A DNA stretch of 64,000 bases from Octopus sinensis (taxonomy: Eukaryota), in contig NW_021833751.1 in the NCBI RefSeq assembly GCF_006345805.1, positions 1 to 64,000 on the forward strand, read 5' to 3'. The notes under the pieces are model-generated. The model had not been told where the DNA came from. It saw nothing but the letters and a program-made list of their open reading frames with translations, and ran no database searches. The position numbers and the translations under genes are program-made. Below are positions 24,902 through 38,497 of the stretch, piece after piece (position 1 is the stretch's first letter; the number at the start of each line of letters is the position of its first letter).

Positions 24902-26129
24902 TTATCTATCTATCTATCTGCAAACAAAGGTGGTAACATGTAACAATATTGACCGAGGTTACCGTGGTCTTTTCCGTAGGCTTTTCTTCCCACGGATAAA
25001 CCTTATCTGCTTCTCCCTTTACACTTTACATCATGACATTGTGATACACGATCCCTATTGATCGTTTTTTTCCTTTGTTTCTTTTCCTTTTTTTGTTTCT
25101 TTTTTTTCTTCTTTCCCTTTTACGATCCCTTTTGATCGAAAACCTAACCCACCTTTTTTTTGTCTCCCCCAAAAGAATAGCTCTACTTTGTAATCTGTCC
25201 CGTCTGTGTGCAGTCCTGTGTTGTTAATAAAGAAACATAACTTTGTATCTATCTGTGTATCTGTTTATCGATTTATATCTACCTAAATATGTGTATCTAT
25301 CGATTCCTCCATCCATCTATCTATCCATACCCTATATTTCTACATGCAGCCCTTGAAACAATGAGACATAAAACGCTATTATTCAAAATTTACATCTGTT
25401 TACCGGGGACACCGGGATGAACCAAAAACTACTAACAAACAAATTCAACAAAATTAAAAACAAACAAACAAAACAAACAAACAAAAAAACAACCGAAATT
25501 ACTAAAAAAGAAATAGTGACAGATGTGAAATTATATCCAACCAAAACTTCAAAAATTTCCCTCTTTATCAAAGCTGTGAAACAATTTCTATATACCAACG
25601 GTTAAATAAAGAAAATACCAACAGCGCCTGGATATGAAAATATAACTAATTTTCGTTTTTGTTAATGTTTTAATTCATAATGTCATGACTTCTTAAACTA
25701 AATGTAATCAATTCATCTTCCTCCACAAGAGTGTAATTACCTTCCCTGCTTCTAATAATAACAATTACTGATTACCTTCCCTAAAATTTATTTGTCTCCT
25801 TATTCATTATCAAACGCATTTGCTCCTAATAATATGGAATGAAAACTTATGATAGTATGAAATTGTAATATTGTTACTAATTTCTTAGACATGTTTAGCA
25901 TATGCGAAACCGGTCGACTATATAAATATCTTATCCCACATATATACGACGAGAATGAGTGCTCAACACCGCATTGAAGTATAAAATTTCTTTATTTGAG
26001 TATTAAGGCTAGCATTGATTTCAGGTTTAGAAAAATAACTTTGTATCTTAAATTTTTTTTAAGCCGATCACATGGCGGAATGGTGTTCGTCTCTATTTTG
26101 GATGGAAGCGCAAAAATTTCGGGAAATAC

Positions 26130-26380
26130 CTAAGAAATTCACAAAATGTTTCGTACTCTTGGATGAGGGAACATCATTGCTAAAACCAGAAAATACTGAT
26201 GAAGGTGTACTAAATGTGAGCTCTGTATCACTGAAAAGCTAAATACAAAGTCAATAGATACCATCTTAAATATTAAGGATGAAGCCTTCTCTCCCTGCAA
26301 ACACAAGCAATATTTCACACTCAGGCATTTCAAAGAGGAATCACCACCCGCGCCACCAACCCCACGAGGATAGTTTCTTT
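26130..26380 (+). mobile_element. Penelope-like endonuclease C-terminus remnant
   Basis: IIAKTRKY..RCTKCELCITEKL..ILNIKDEAFSPCKHKQYFTL matches the PLE W.I...Y..C.LC..EK..LN.R.E...C.H tail. Confidence 0.65.
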
Positions 26381-27108
26381 CCCTGAACATCAACATTAAA
26401 TATATACAACACACGAACTCCACACATAGAAGAAACATTCCCCCCTGAAGAACTCCTTCGGCATACAAACACATAGACACCCAGAATATGATATAATATA
26501 ATGCAAACAAATTCAGCATTCAACACATTTCCCCCACCCAAGTCAAAACCAAGGGAGGTAATCACTTGAAAATGTCATCAAGAGTAGCAACTCTTCATTT
26601 CTTGTTTTCCTTACGAGATGTTTCGTGAATTCCTGAGTCTTTGTCCGAGACCTTTCGTGTTTTCATCTAAAATGGAGACAAACACTATTTCTTCCTGTAA
26701 TCGGCTTCGAATTTGTTAAGATACTAAAATATTTTTCTTAACATGAAACCAATGGTAGCCTTAATACAGACACACACACGCACACACACACATGCGCATA
26801 CAAACACACACACATTCTGTGCATTTTTATTCTATTATATCTTTCACTAAAACTCACCATGTGGAGAAAAACTTCATCGAAGATTTGACTGTATACACAT
26901 ATGTCTATGTATGTATGCATGTATGTATGCATGCATGTACATATGTACATATATATTTATCCATCTACTTATATGTTTTTCTATCTACCTATCTACCTAC
27001 TTTTTCTAGCAAAAACTGTCCGATGAACGGCAACGAGAAACTCAGAGTAACAGGTTTTGTTGAATTTTCTGCTGCTTTAAATAAAGTATCTACCTACTTA
27101 TATATATT

Positions 27109-27179
<71 letters not shown>

Positions 27180-27183
27180 GTTG

Positions 27184-27275
<92 letters not shown>

Positions 27276-27752
27276 GTCTATACTATGGTGCTTTAATGTG
27301 TATAAATATATATCACACAATAGATACTTGAATTTTTCTAGCAGTTGATGATAACACAGTGCACAATCTGTAGCAACTTCTGTAGACAAGAATGGCAAAA
27401 ATCTATTAAGAATCCAAAACGTCTTCACGGAATTTCATATTTAAATTGAAGCAAATTATTTTGCGTTTTTTTTTTTGTTTTACAATATTTATTTCTACTT
27501 AAAGTATTTAAATTTCTCAAATGAAAACCCTTCTTTCACTTGAAGTTTTTTTATTTTATTAAACACTTTCTCGTTCTTCATATTATATACAACAATTATA
27601 TATATATATACACACACATTCGCGCGCGCATTTATACACACAATCACGCATGCATATATGTATATTTAAAATTTAATTGTTAATAAGTTTGAGCATATTA
27701 TATCTACTTACACACACACATACACACAATCACTCAAACATGCATAAACGCT

Positions 27753-27794
<42 letters not shown>

Positions 27795-27814
27795 ATATAT
27801 ATATATATATATTA

Positions 27815-27915
<101 letters not shown>

Positions 27916-28794
27916 ATTATGAAAGATGATATAAGCGCACACATTGATGCATATATAGTGATACACATATACACACATGCATATACATGCGTATGTAGTC
28001 TCATCAGTATCATATTATATATACTAAGGTAGGAGCATTGACGTATATGTATGCATGTTTTATGCGTGTTTCCGTCTCTTTATGTGTTATATTTACATAA
28101 GACACACACACACATATGCATATGAACGCTATGAATGGAAATAGATGAATTTACTTTCAATGACATAATATGTGCATCAAGGCTCATGTAAAAACCAATA
28201 ACGACTTGCAAACTCTGTGGATAATATTACCTGGGCCTGTTAATGCACATTAAAACACTGTTCCTTCAACAATCATATTGAAACTTAAGTAACAGGAATG
28301 TATTTTATATTGAGCACTCAGATGAGGTTCATTGTATCTCACTCAATAAGGATATTTTTCATTTCATCTAAAGTTATACACATTAAAATTTAGAAAATAA
28401 CACTAACATCGGTGCTATCTGGCGTGTTGGTATTGTGAATTTATTGTTGCTTAAGTATTTTTCTTAAAAAATATTATTGCCTCAAGAAATTGCGAGCAAC
28501 AAATAAGATATACTTTGCGTAAGGCAAAAGAAAAAAGGGGTCAAATCAAGAGAGTTTTCTTTGCCTCAAGTAAAAATTCTTCTCCATGACAAACTGCAGC
28601 GAAAAGCCTTTTACGAGTTCGAATACCTCTGAAATTCATTGGAACTGTTCTTATGTTAGTTTACTTTTAATCATTACAGAGCGCATCTATTCACGAATTT
28701 GTTGCGATATGGCGGCCAAAATGAGTCGATTGATTTGATATGAAAATGAACTTCACTTTCCAGTCAAGTAAGAATAGCCTTTCTTTTGGTATCT

Positions 28795-28832
28795 GATGCT
28801 GATGAGAACTAACGGCTCGAAATGTATGCATC
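28795..28832 (+). ncRNA. Hammerhead-like motif (core intact, G at position 17)
   Basis: GAUG-CUGAUGA-GAAC..GCUC-GAAA-UGUAUG-CAUC. Confidence 0.35.
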
Positions 28833-29139
28833 TATCAGCCTAAAAAGAGAGAGAGCTTTGAGTTGATTATGACGTTTTAATATTTTATCATGATAAATCA
28901 GAAATTTTCTTCATGACAAAACTGATGTGAAAATGTTTTACGGGTTCAAATATTTCTCAAATACATTTCAACTGGTAGCTAGTTTGTTTTCCTCTCAGCC
29001 ACTGCTTTGCGATTCTATTCACGAATACATACATACATACATACATACATACATACATACATACATACATACATGAACACATACACACACACACATATAT
29101 TGAAATTATGCAATAGAACCAACTCAAGATTAAATCTTT

Positions 29140-29205
29140 ATATAGGCACAGTAAATGACTGCCTCCCAACCACATGCCTCCGGGTTCAGACCCACTTTGG
29201 GGAGG

Positions 29206-29277
<72 letters not shown>

Positions 29278-29460
29278 AATACTGCTTGACAACCCGGTGT
29301 AGTGTGTTTATGTCCACGTAGAATAGTGGTTCGGCAAAGGGATCGATAAAGTAAGTACTAAGCTTAAGAAATGGAATTACCAGGGGTCAACTAGTTCGAC
29401 TAAAATTCTTCAATGTGCTGCCCCAGTGTGCCTGCAGTCTCACGACTGAAAGAATGAAAG
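29140..29460 (+). mobile_element. Diverged family A SINE
   Basis: Degenerate head (CCACATGCCTCCGGGTTCAGACCCACT), internal (TA)/(TG)n, family A 3' part. Confidence 0.65.
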
Positions 29461-29754
29461 AATATAAAAGGTACGCAACATATTTAATACACTAATATAG
29501 TTCAAAAGCCGGAGGGTGTAGAATGCTTCCCAAAACAAGGTCCCTTTACTAACTTTACAATATACTACAAAGACGAAATCAAGTGGCCCCTGACACACCG
29601 CAACCACGTCGAGATGCACATCTGTCATTCATGTGGTCACTTTCTGAGTTAGTGTGTCAGTCTGATCATATATATATATATATGTGACCGCGTGTTTACC
29701 GTTTGCGATTTTTTTCCCTCTGTCTTCCCTTCTCTGGATTTTTCTTTCTCCTAT

Positions 29755-29789
29755 GTTTCCGACGAAGAGCTCCGCTCGAAACGTTAAAC
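29755..29789 (+). ncRNA. Minimal type-I hammerhead, U4C variant, in an about 200-bp TA-flanked element (29690-29890)
   Basis: GUUU-CCGACGA-A-GAGC(UCC)GCUC-GAAA-C-GUU-AAAC; stem I differs compensatorily from the 23013 copy. Confidence 0.65.
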
Positions 29790-30137
29790 CCTCCTTCTTT
29801 CCTTCTTTCCTGAGCGTCCAATAATACTATATTTGTTCCACGTCCTCGCGTTGTTGTATTTTTTTGTGCTTTCTTGTTTGGATTAACTATATATATATGT
29901 ATATATATATAAGTAAATAAATGGAGTTGAACGAAGATATTAAAATTCTTTTACTTTCGACTTCGTTAAACCCCATTTATTTACTTATACTACACAAATT
30001 ACTGCACATTAACCCGGAGTTTCTACCTTTCATTAGGTCGTTTCATCCGTGTTACTTGCGTGAATTTTGGTACCCTGGTAACTGTTTATTGAATTTTCCA
30101 TGTTAACGGTAAACAAAGGATAATTCATACATCCATT

Positions 30138-30570
<433 letters not shown>

Positions 30571-31119
30571 AAGCTAGTTAGTTAGATGTAGAAACTAATG
30601 TTTAGATATATATACTAAATATTTCTGTGGAGAAAAACTACATATTTCATAAACTACGTATTTCATAATGCACAGGGCAGTTGAAGCGACCGAGAGAAAT
30701 ATTTAATATTATTTCTATCATAAAATCCCTGTCATTTTCTATTACATTTGTATATAATATGAACACTTAAGTGGATTATATTGTAGTGTACGTTGTAATG
30801 ATAACAAGTATTACACGGCACATGATAAGGCCAACATATATGGACATAGACAGTTGAATCTTTGCTATTCCAAGCGACAGAACAGATATTTTTGGCGGGT
30901 AGACGAGATTTTATCGGTTCTAACTTATGTTATCGACTCCAAAGGATGAAAGACAGAGTTCGAACTGACTGAATTCGAACTCAGATATCCAGTGAGGTAG
31001 GTGAATAACACTGGATATTTTATCTTGCACTCTATCGATTCTAAAATTTGGTTGTAAGACATGAGAATTGCTGTGCAGTCGCTGGTTTCGGCTGCTTGCC
31101 ACATCGACGGCGCCTGTTG

Positions 31120-31345
31120 AACTGGCAGAAACGTTAGCACGCCGGGCGAAATGCATAGCCGTATTTCGTCTGTCGTTACGTTCTGAGTTCAAATTCCGCC
31201 GAGGTCGACTTTACCTTTCATCCTTTCGGGGTCGATAAATAAAGTACCAGTTTCCCACTGGGGGTCGATGTAATCGACTTAATCCCTTTGTCTGTTCTTG
31301 TTTGTCCTCTCTATGTTTAGCCCCTTGTGGGCAGTAAAGAAATAT
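31120..31345 (+). mobile_element. SINE family B
   Basis: CTGGCAGAAACGTTAGCACGCCGGGCG..GAGTTCAAATTCC..GGGCAGTAAAGAAATA. Confidence 0.9.
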
Positions 31346-32685
31346 ATCTATATACATTTTTAACTCGTGGCAAACTTTTCAACTGCACAAGTCCCACCCA
31401 ACACCCTTTTTTCACTCTTCGAATCACTCTCATTCTACAGCACAGCACATTCGGCAACAAAAACTTTCATATTGGGCTCATAGTCTGCTCTCATTGCATC
31501 ATCAACAACCATTTAAATAATTTCTAATTTACCTCAGAGGCATAAGTACAGTTATACACACGATACAGCTAACGTACCCCCATATACACACACTAGTACT
31601 TACTAACACACTCACACATAGACACACAGACACACAGACTGACTTTTACCCGACCTATTGCGCCTGTCCATCATTTGTACTCACCATTCAAATACATTGT
31701 CTGCTACTCAAACGCCACAACTATTTACTTATCTACCCGTTTCCTTTCACTGTCCCCACCACCACCCGTATATAGCTACGCGCCGACTCTCTTCTTCTCT
31801 CTATCATCTCTATCTTTCTTCTCTTCCATTCCCCTAACCATCCTACTTTCCTTTATTTTCCCACAACAACTAAATATGTATTTAAGAAATGCTACATTTA
31901 CCATGTTTAGTCATAGACGAAATTATGCTATCAGTTGATCTTACTGAAGAATTATTAATCTTCGGAGACAGTTTCCGGATAACATTTCATAAATAACAAC
32001 CAATCTAGCCTTGACTAACCATAGATGTCAGAGTGAGCGCGTGACGAAGAGATAATGATAGATAGAAAGATAGAGGATAGAGAAGGGAAGAGGTGGTAGG
32101 ACAGACAGGAATGGCGTAGAAACTGAAAAATTCGAATGTTTAAAATCTCCCTTCCTAAAACTGATTTTCACTTCGCTTCCAAATATCTTAGTTCCTAATT
32201 TTTGTATCGTAAGCATTGTTGTATCTGCTGGATGTTTCACAGGTTTCGTGACAAAAATTTATTACCTAGATTATCATATACATACATACATACATACATA
32301 CATACATACATACATACATACATACATACATACATTATATATATATATATAATGAAGAGTATGGAGAGATGCATTTGCAACAGAGAATGGTTGCTGCAAC
32401 GGAAACACGTGTAGGTCATTATAATATACTTTATTACTATAAAATAAATTTTGTGGAAGTACAACCCTCCGTACACTTTATTATTAATAACATTAATATA
32501 CACTCCAGATAACTTTTACTGTTCCGTGCAGAGAACACAGAATTACCCATCGGAAGAACTTACAGAGTAATTAACAACTAAATCTAGTCACAGACGTTAG
32601 ATACTTAGCCTCGTTGAGGTTAGCCGTTAACTGGAACTTAATTGAGAACTAATACGGTACCCGAGCGGATGATATGTCATTCCAA

Positions 32686-32724
<39 letters not shown>

Positions 32725-32865
32725 ATGGATGACTACTAAGTGGGCATCCATTATGGTAGAGGTAGACCCCCATATAGTCTGACCACTAAGAAAAGATTGT
32801 TCTCAAGAAAATTCAGCAAACGTCAGAACGTAAGCGTGCGAGACAAATGAAAAGATACAAAATAT

Positions 32866-32944
32866 AAAGATTTATCAAAAATTCGATTTCATTGTTACCA
32901 CTTACGTAATACTTACGTAAATGTCCGCAATTCATCAGAAATCC
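32866..32944 (-). ncRNA. Type-I hammerhead (core intact, AUA triplet)
   Basis: GGAUUU-CUGAUGA-AUUG..UUACGUAA hairpin..CAAU-GAAA; 5-bp stem III; stem I pairs with AAUCU allowing one bulge. Confidence 0.55.
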
Positions 32945-33264
32945 GCATGAGATTGAACATGCATACAGTTCTACCAATTAAATTTGGGTTTATATTTCAA
33001 AAGTCTTCGTTTTGGTGCGCCAAATACCGGAAATAATTCTGCTGAAAATAATTCTCTGCAGTGTATTTTGCCGGTTAGAGAAAAATGGTTATTTAAATTT
33101 AAATAATAAGGGTGAAAAATTGAATATTAATCTGATTAACATCAATTTAAGACCTGTGGCTTAGCATATTGAAAAATCTGAAGATTCAGAAAAACTTATA
33201 TTGCGCATATATATATATATAATGGAATAGTTACTATGAAGCACTGTATAGAATATATTGTATT

Positions 33265-33459
33265 AAGGATCGTGGGTAAGGCCAGAACAATGCGAAGTAA
33301 ATGCAAGGCAAATCCCAAGAAAACAAATATATGAATTAAGGTAGACTTACCTTGTATTCAATATTTCGGGGTTATAAGTTTACATTAATTCATATATTTG
33401 TTTGCTTTGGATTTGCTTTGCATTTACTTCGCATTGTTCTGGCCTTACCCACGATCCTT
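33265..33459. repeat. Inverted repeat, about 75-bp arms, 45-nt spacer, ending at (TA)n
   Basis: AAGGATCGTGGGTAAGGCCAGAACAATGCGAAGTAAATGC.. and its reverse complement with few mismatches. Confidence 0.9.
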
Positions 33460-33468
33460 TATAGAGTA

Positions 33469-33509
<41 letters not shown>

Positions 33510-33533
33510 CAAGTAGGGAAAATATCTATAACG

Positions 33534-33741
33534 GATGCAAGTTGTAACAATACTGAGAAGTGATGTTTGTCGCCACTTCAACATGGCTGTTCCGTACGAA
33601 CCAACGTTACTACAATTTTCAACCCCAAGTGGACGCCACCAGTAGCTAGTTATCGATGCAATCTGCACCCGGGTTCGTACGAAACAGCCATTTTGAGGAG
33701 GCGACAAACATTACTTCTGAGTATAGTTACTACTTACATCT
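33534..33741. mobile_element. MITE-like imperfect palindrome (about 65-bp TIRs); partial second copy at 33940-34060
   Basis: Arms are imperfect reverse complements around a 67-nt core; core recurs inverted at 33945-34060. Confidence 0.6.
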
Positions 33742-34092
33742 CTTTTCTAACTGGCTACTTTGCTTGTTGCAAGATCGGTGACTTATTTTTCTATACATTG
33801 CGAGCTGGAGCGAACCATTGCTATCTCTAGCAGACAAGTGTCCACCACTGAAATGGGCAACAATAGCCCGAAACCAGCCTAGTCTAGTGGTCCTGTCAAA
33901 TTGCTAGAAGATGGTACGAGTTCGTTCCCCTGCCTGCAATATACATTTGGTGCAGATTACATCGATAACTAGCCACAGGAGGCGTCATCTTGTGGTTAGA
34001 AATAGTAGTAATGTCCTTTCGTATGGAGCAGCCACGTTCAAGTGCCGAAAACCATTACTTATGTATGTATGTATGTATGTATGTATGTATGT

Positions 34093-34503
34093 CTAGTCTA
34101 TTTTTTTAATTATTATAAATCTTCCACCGAGGAGGGTGCTGGTTTCCAACAAAGATACAAAGCTCCATCTTTTGGATATAGTTAACACAGAAAAATTCAC
34201 ATTTGGAACTTGAGTAAAGTCTTGCATATTTTTATTGTTCCACTCACAGGTTGCACTTGCATTGTACGAATCTGCTGGTCAATTTCTCTTTCTGAAAATC
34301 CCAGTTCATCTAGATTCTCCTTTAAGCATTTACTAACAAAACCTAGTGTTCCAAATATTATTGGTATGAATATGAACTCATAGTGTGGATATAGAAGCTG
34401 GAGGTTTCAATGCAGTTGTCCATAGATATCCTCTTTTTCTTTGATTTTCAAAGAGATATTCACATCTGCAGAGCAGCTAACCTCTACGATGGTGCATACC
34501 TTT
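34093..34503 (-). mobile_element. RLE-3 family 3' fragment in (CATA)n
   Basis: KVCTIVEVSCSADVNI..KEDIYG..IPIIFGTLG..GTIKICKTLLKFQM*; homologous to 58634-59045; (TATG)n on both sides. Confidence 0.85.
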
Positions 34504-34639
34504 CTAAGTATGTATGTATATATGTATTATGTATGTATGTATTTATATATATAATCCTAAGATGCGACGGTTATTTGAAGACACTTAAATATCGGTATAT
34601 TCCGTCCCGCCTTCAAACCAATTAAAAGATGTATATTTT

Positions 34640-35640
34640 CTTTCAGATCTCCCAGAGCAGTTAAAATGCTAACGCAATAAATGAAAAAACTTGCAGTCAT
34701 TGTTGTCGTATGTGCAAAACATAGCAATTAAGAAATTGCCAACTTCCTAAATGCTGCAAAATCTTTTATACATAAAGTTTGGACGGAATTGAAAGTCTTT
34801 GGCAGAAATGTGTAGACTGATTCAAAGAGGAAAAAATTATTCTAAACTTTCGGACATTTTAAAGACACTGTAATTCATCGAACGGCTTCAGACAATCATC
34901 AATAGTGATCCTGGAAAGGCAATGAGAAACATCGACAAAGAACTTGAGGTGTCGGAGTGGAGTGTGTTACACAAGGACATTCGCTATAGTTCGTATGTTC
35001 TGAGGAATTGTTAATTCATGTAAGTAAAGACAGGAAAACCGTTTGGTCTGTGCCAAGTGACTGTTTAATCTTCACGGACATGGCATGCTTTGGTTCTCTA
35101 ATGAGAAAAAAGCTTTGACCAAGACCAAAAGTCTAACAGAAGAAACGAAAGATGGTTAAGTGCAGATCCTCCTGAATGATGCACGTTAAGTATTCAGCTA
35201 GGGTGTTTCTTTTAGTTTTGAAGGTCATGTCATGCCACTTCTTATTCACAGAGTCTCAGAATTTATGCTGCTGGATACGTTGAGATGCTGGAAACAGTTA
35301 TTAAGCTCTGGATGGATAAAATATACAGTAAAAGGTCAGATGTATTTCAATAAGTTTCAGCATTTCATAAAAACTGAGAAAACCCAAGACAGATGTCAGA
35401 CAATATTTACGATCATATAACACGAAAATTGTTACCTTTTAAATTTGCCAGATTTAAATTTCATGAAGTATGGAGCATTGTTGAAAGGTAGACTAATCGA
35501 CATCTTCACAGTATCATAATTTCACTGAAGACTGCCATTGTTCATTGAATGTTCAAAATGAATAAGAACCGTTTAGTGCATGTCAACGTCCCCAACCGGC
35601 ATCAAAACAGCCATCGAAGATAAAAGAAGATTCATAGAAA
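34640..35640 (+). mobile_element. Decayed Tc1/mariner transposase, maT/DD37D-like
   Basis: WFSNEK..DQDQKSNRRNERWLSADP, EGHVMP, YAAGYVEMLETVIKLWMDKI, VWSIVER across frames. Confidence 0.7.
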
Positions 35641-35801
35641 CACTTTTAAGAAATCTTATCGAGATCAAATGCACAGATTTTTATTAAAAATCATTTGCTT
35701 TTTACCAGATAAGATTTTTGTTAAATTACCAAATATGAGACACGAGTTATATCCTCAGATATCTCTCGTGTCCCATATACATATATGTGTTTCTGTGCGT
35801 A

Positions 35802-35862
<61 letters not shown>

Positions 35863-36372
35863 AGTATGTGTATATGTTGTTCATGTGTATGTATGTGTGT
35901 GAAAGTGTGCTTTGGGTGGATGGGGTGGTGCGTGTCTGTCTACCGCTTAAAGACTAAAATATTAGAACTTATGTCGACTGATAATACAGTATAGGTGCCG
36001 CAGAGCACAATTAATATAAAGTTGGTTTTAATTATTTGCAATAATTTCAACATCAGCACTAAAATCATAAGAGAGAGAAGTACGGTGATTAACAAATACT
36101 AGTTGTTAATTAACATTTTTATATGAGCCAGAAAGGGAGACAATTCTGAATACTTCTGCAGTGATAATCAAGCATAAACAATTATTCCTAAAATGTATGG
36201 TGACGGATTCTTAGTATTTTAATTTCCCATTTCTCACATTTCCTGTTTCCGCTGATGACAGCTAACAATATTTCAGTGCTCTTAGTTATTTCCCTTCTTT
36301 GTACGGACGCAGTTTAATATTGTTAATGTAGCTCATACTGATGGGGTGGGGTGGGTTATTTGGGACGAAACA

Positions 36373-36746
36373 TCTCTATATATATAAACGGCAAAATGTC
36401 TGTCTGTCTGTGTGTGTGTGTCCTTTATACAACTCCACAATTTTTCAGTTAGAGGGCTTGCACTTTCTATGGTCATTCAAAACCGTCCAAGGGTGGTCGT
36501 GCACATCTTTACATTTCCCCAGTCAACCCGCAAAGTCATTAAAAAATCAATAGAAGTGACTTTTTTGTGAATTTTCTATCCAAAACCCAATCAAAATGCC
36601 CGAAACTTGATACACCAAGTGAATGCCAGCTAGCTGTATGTGATTGGTCGGAGATTTGGACAGTACTCGCGTGTATGTGCGCACGCACGCAGCTGTATAT
36701 GCATGCACTGGCACTGTGATCCGGCGTTGCCGGGTCATAGTACTAG
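36373..36746 (+). mobile_element. Non-autonomous Helitron-type element (second family)
   Basis: A|TCTCTATATATATAAACGGC, (CTGT)n, 3' hairpin GATCCGGCGTTGCCGGGTC, CTAG|T. Confidence 0.85.
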
Positions 36747-37705
36747 TTGGTTTATATTTGATTATGTAAGATACTACGAACTTTAGAGGACAGCATACGA
36801 TTCGTGTGCCAGGAAGGGTATAAGCGGCACAAGTTAAGGCAGATAGCTTTAAAGAGACAATCCCTCCCCCATACTTATTTCAAACAGAAACAAACAAAAG
36901 AAAATGACTAAGAATAAGGAAACTAACTGTTGATCCCTGTAGCTTTCTGTAGCTCTGAAACTAACTTTAACCAAGCCGGAATGTGATAAACGTATTTATT
37001 GTGATCGATGGCGTGAACTACCACGAATATCAACTGAAAACGTTGGCATTAAAATTGCATGTAACGTTTCATGAATGAACTAAAATAACAAGGAATATTG
37101 TGTAATAAAATAAAGTAGGAAAAACCCGAAAAACATTACTGTTAAATATTAGTGGAAATTAATCATAAAAAGAGATATAATCATTGCTGGAATATGTGTA
37201 GCAGAAAAAAACTCTTAAATGCAGATGGGTAAAAACAGCATTATAAAAATTACTTGAAACTCAAAACGGAAAAGAATCATAATAAATATTGAAAAAAAGC
37301 AAAAAAAAAGCAAGCAAGCAAACGAAAAACTGAGTGGAAAAAGTCACAACAAATGAAATCGAAATCGTGAAAGATAAGAATGTAAAGAAGAAAAAACAGC
37401 AGCTAATATTTCTGCAAAATAAGATATTCTTTGAAAATGAAAAGGGATTTTACAGATAATTAAGTTGGAAATAAAACAGAAATCAAGATATTTTACTTTG
37501 ATCGGTTTCTTTATATTTGTTTATTCATTTTGGTGACGAGAAGAAATGTGGAAAAAGAAATGGTCTGAATATTTGTTTTTATGGGTTAATCAAAAGATGA
37601 AGGATAATGACCGCGACCCGTATAGGTCCTTCCCCGCCTACACCGGTGAGAATGAGGATAACATTAATAATTTGTTTAAATATCTCGATCTACCCATTTC
37701 TGAAA

Positions 37706-37935
37706 GGTGGCGAGCTGGGAAAAAGTTAGAACGCCGGGCGAAATGCTTACCGGTATTTCGTCTGCCGCTACGTTCTCGGTTCAAATTCCGCCGAGGTCGA
37801 CTTTGCCTTTCATCCCTTTCGGGGTCGATAAATTAAGTACCAGTTACGCACTGGGGTCGATATAATCGACTTAATCCGTTTGTCTGTCCTTGTTTGTCCC
37901 CTCTGTGTTTAGCCCCTTGTGGGCAGTAAAGAAAT
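37706..37935 (+). mobile_element. SINE family B
   Basis: Full-length copy. Confidence 0.9.
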
Positions 37936-37998
37936 ATATTTCGATCTTCCCATTTCAGTTCGAAGGAAAAACGAACGGGGTGGGAAATAAATTCCATA

Positions 37999-38370
37999 GG
38001 AATATTGTGGAAACAAATGCGAAGGAAGTGTTTTGTATGAGGTTGGGAGATAAAACAGGGTAAGAGCTGCTGGAAAAAGGTGAGGCAAAAGGGTGACCTT
38101 AGGTGGAAAGGAGAGGGCAATTCAACTAATTAAGAACAATAAAATATGTTGTAAATGCAAAGAAGAAATTGCGTGCCATGGCTACCGTTGGTGAAGGAAT
38201 ATTTACTAACGTTCTGGGTGTGATCTAGCATGGTTTTGGTCTTTAACTAAAGAAAAACATATATGTTTCTTTACTACCCACAAGGGGCTAAACATAGAGG
38301 GGACAAACAAGGACAGACAAACGGATAAAGTCGATTGCATCGACTCCAGCAGTGCGTAACTGGTACTTAT
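37999..38370. repeat. Local duplication, copy 1 (copy 2 at 39124-39489)
   Basis: About 270 bp unique sequence plus the adjoining SINE B 3' end recurs with roughly ten substitutions in the unique part. Confidence 0.9.
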
Positions 38371-38497
38371 TTAATCGACCCCGAAAGGATGAAAGGCAAA
38401 GTCGACCTCGGCGGAATTTGAACTCAGAACGTAACGGCAGACGAAATACGGCTACGCATTTCGCCCGGCGTGCTAACGATTCTGACAGCTCGCCGCC
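38263..38497 (-). mobile_element. SINE family B
   Basis: Full-length reverse copy, tail-to-tail with 37706. Confidence 0.9.

Noticed and set aside
28574-28952. About 50-bp imperfect direct repeat 330 bp apart
   Set aside because: Only two diverged units; most likely old repeat debris.
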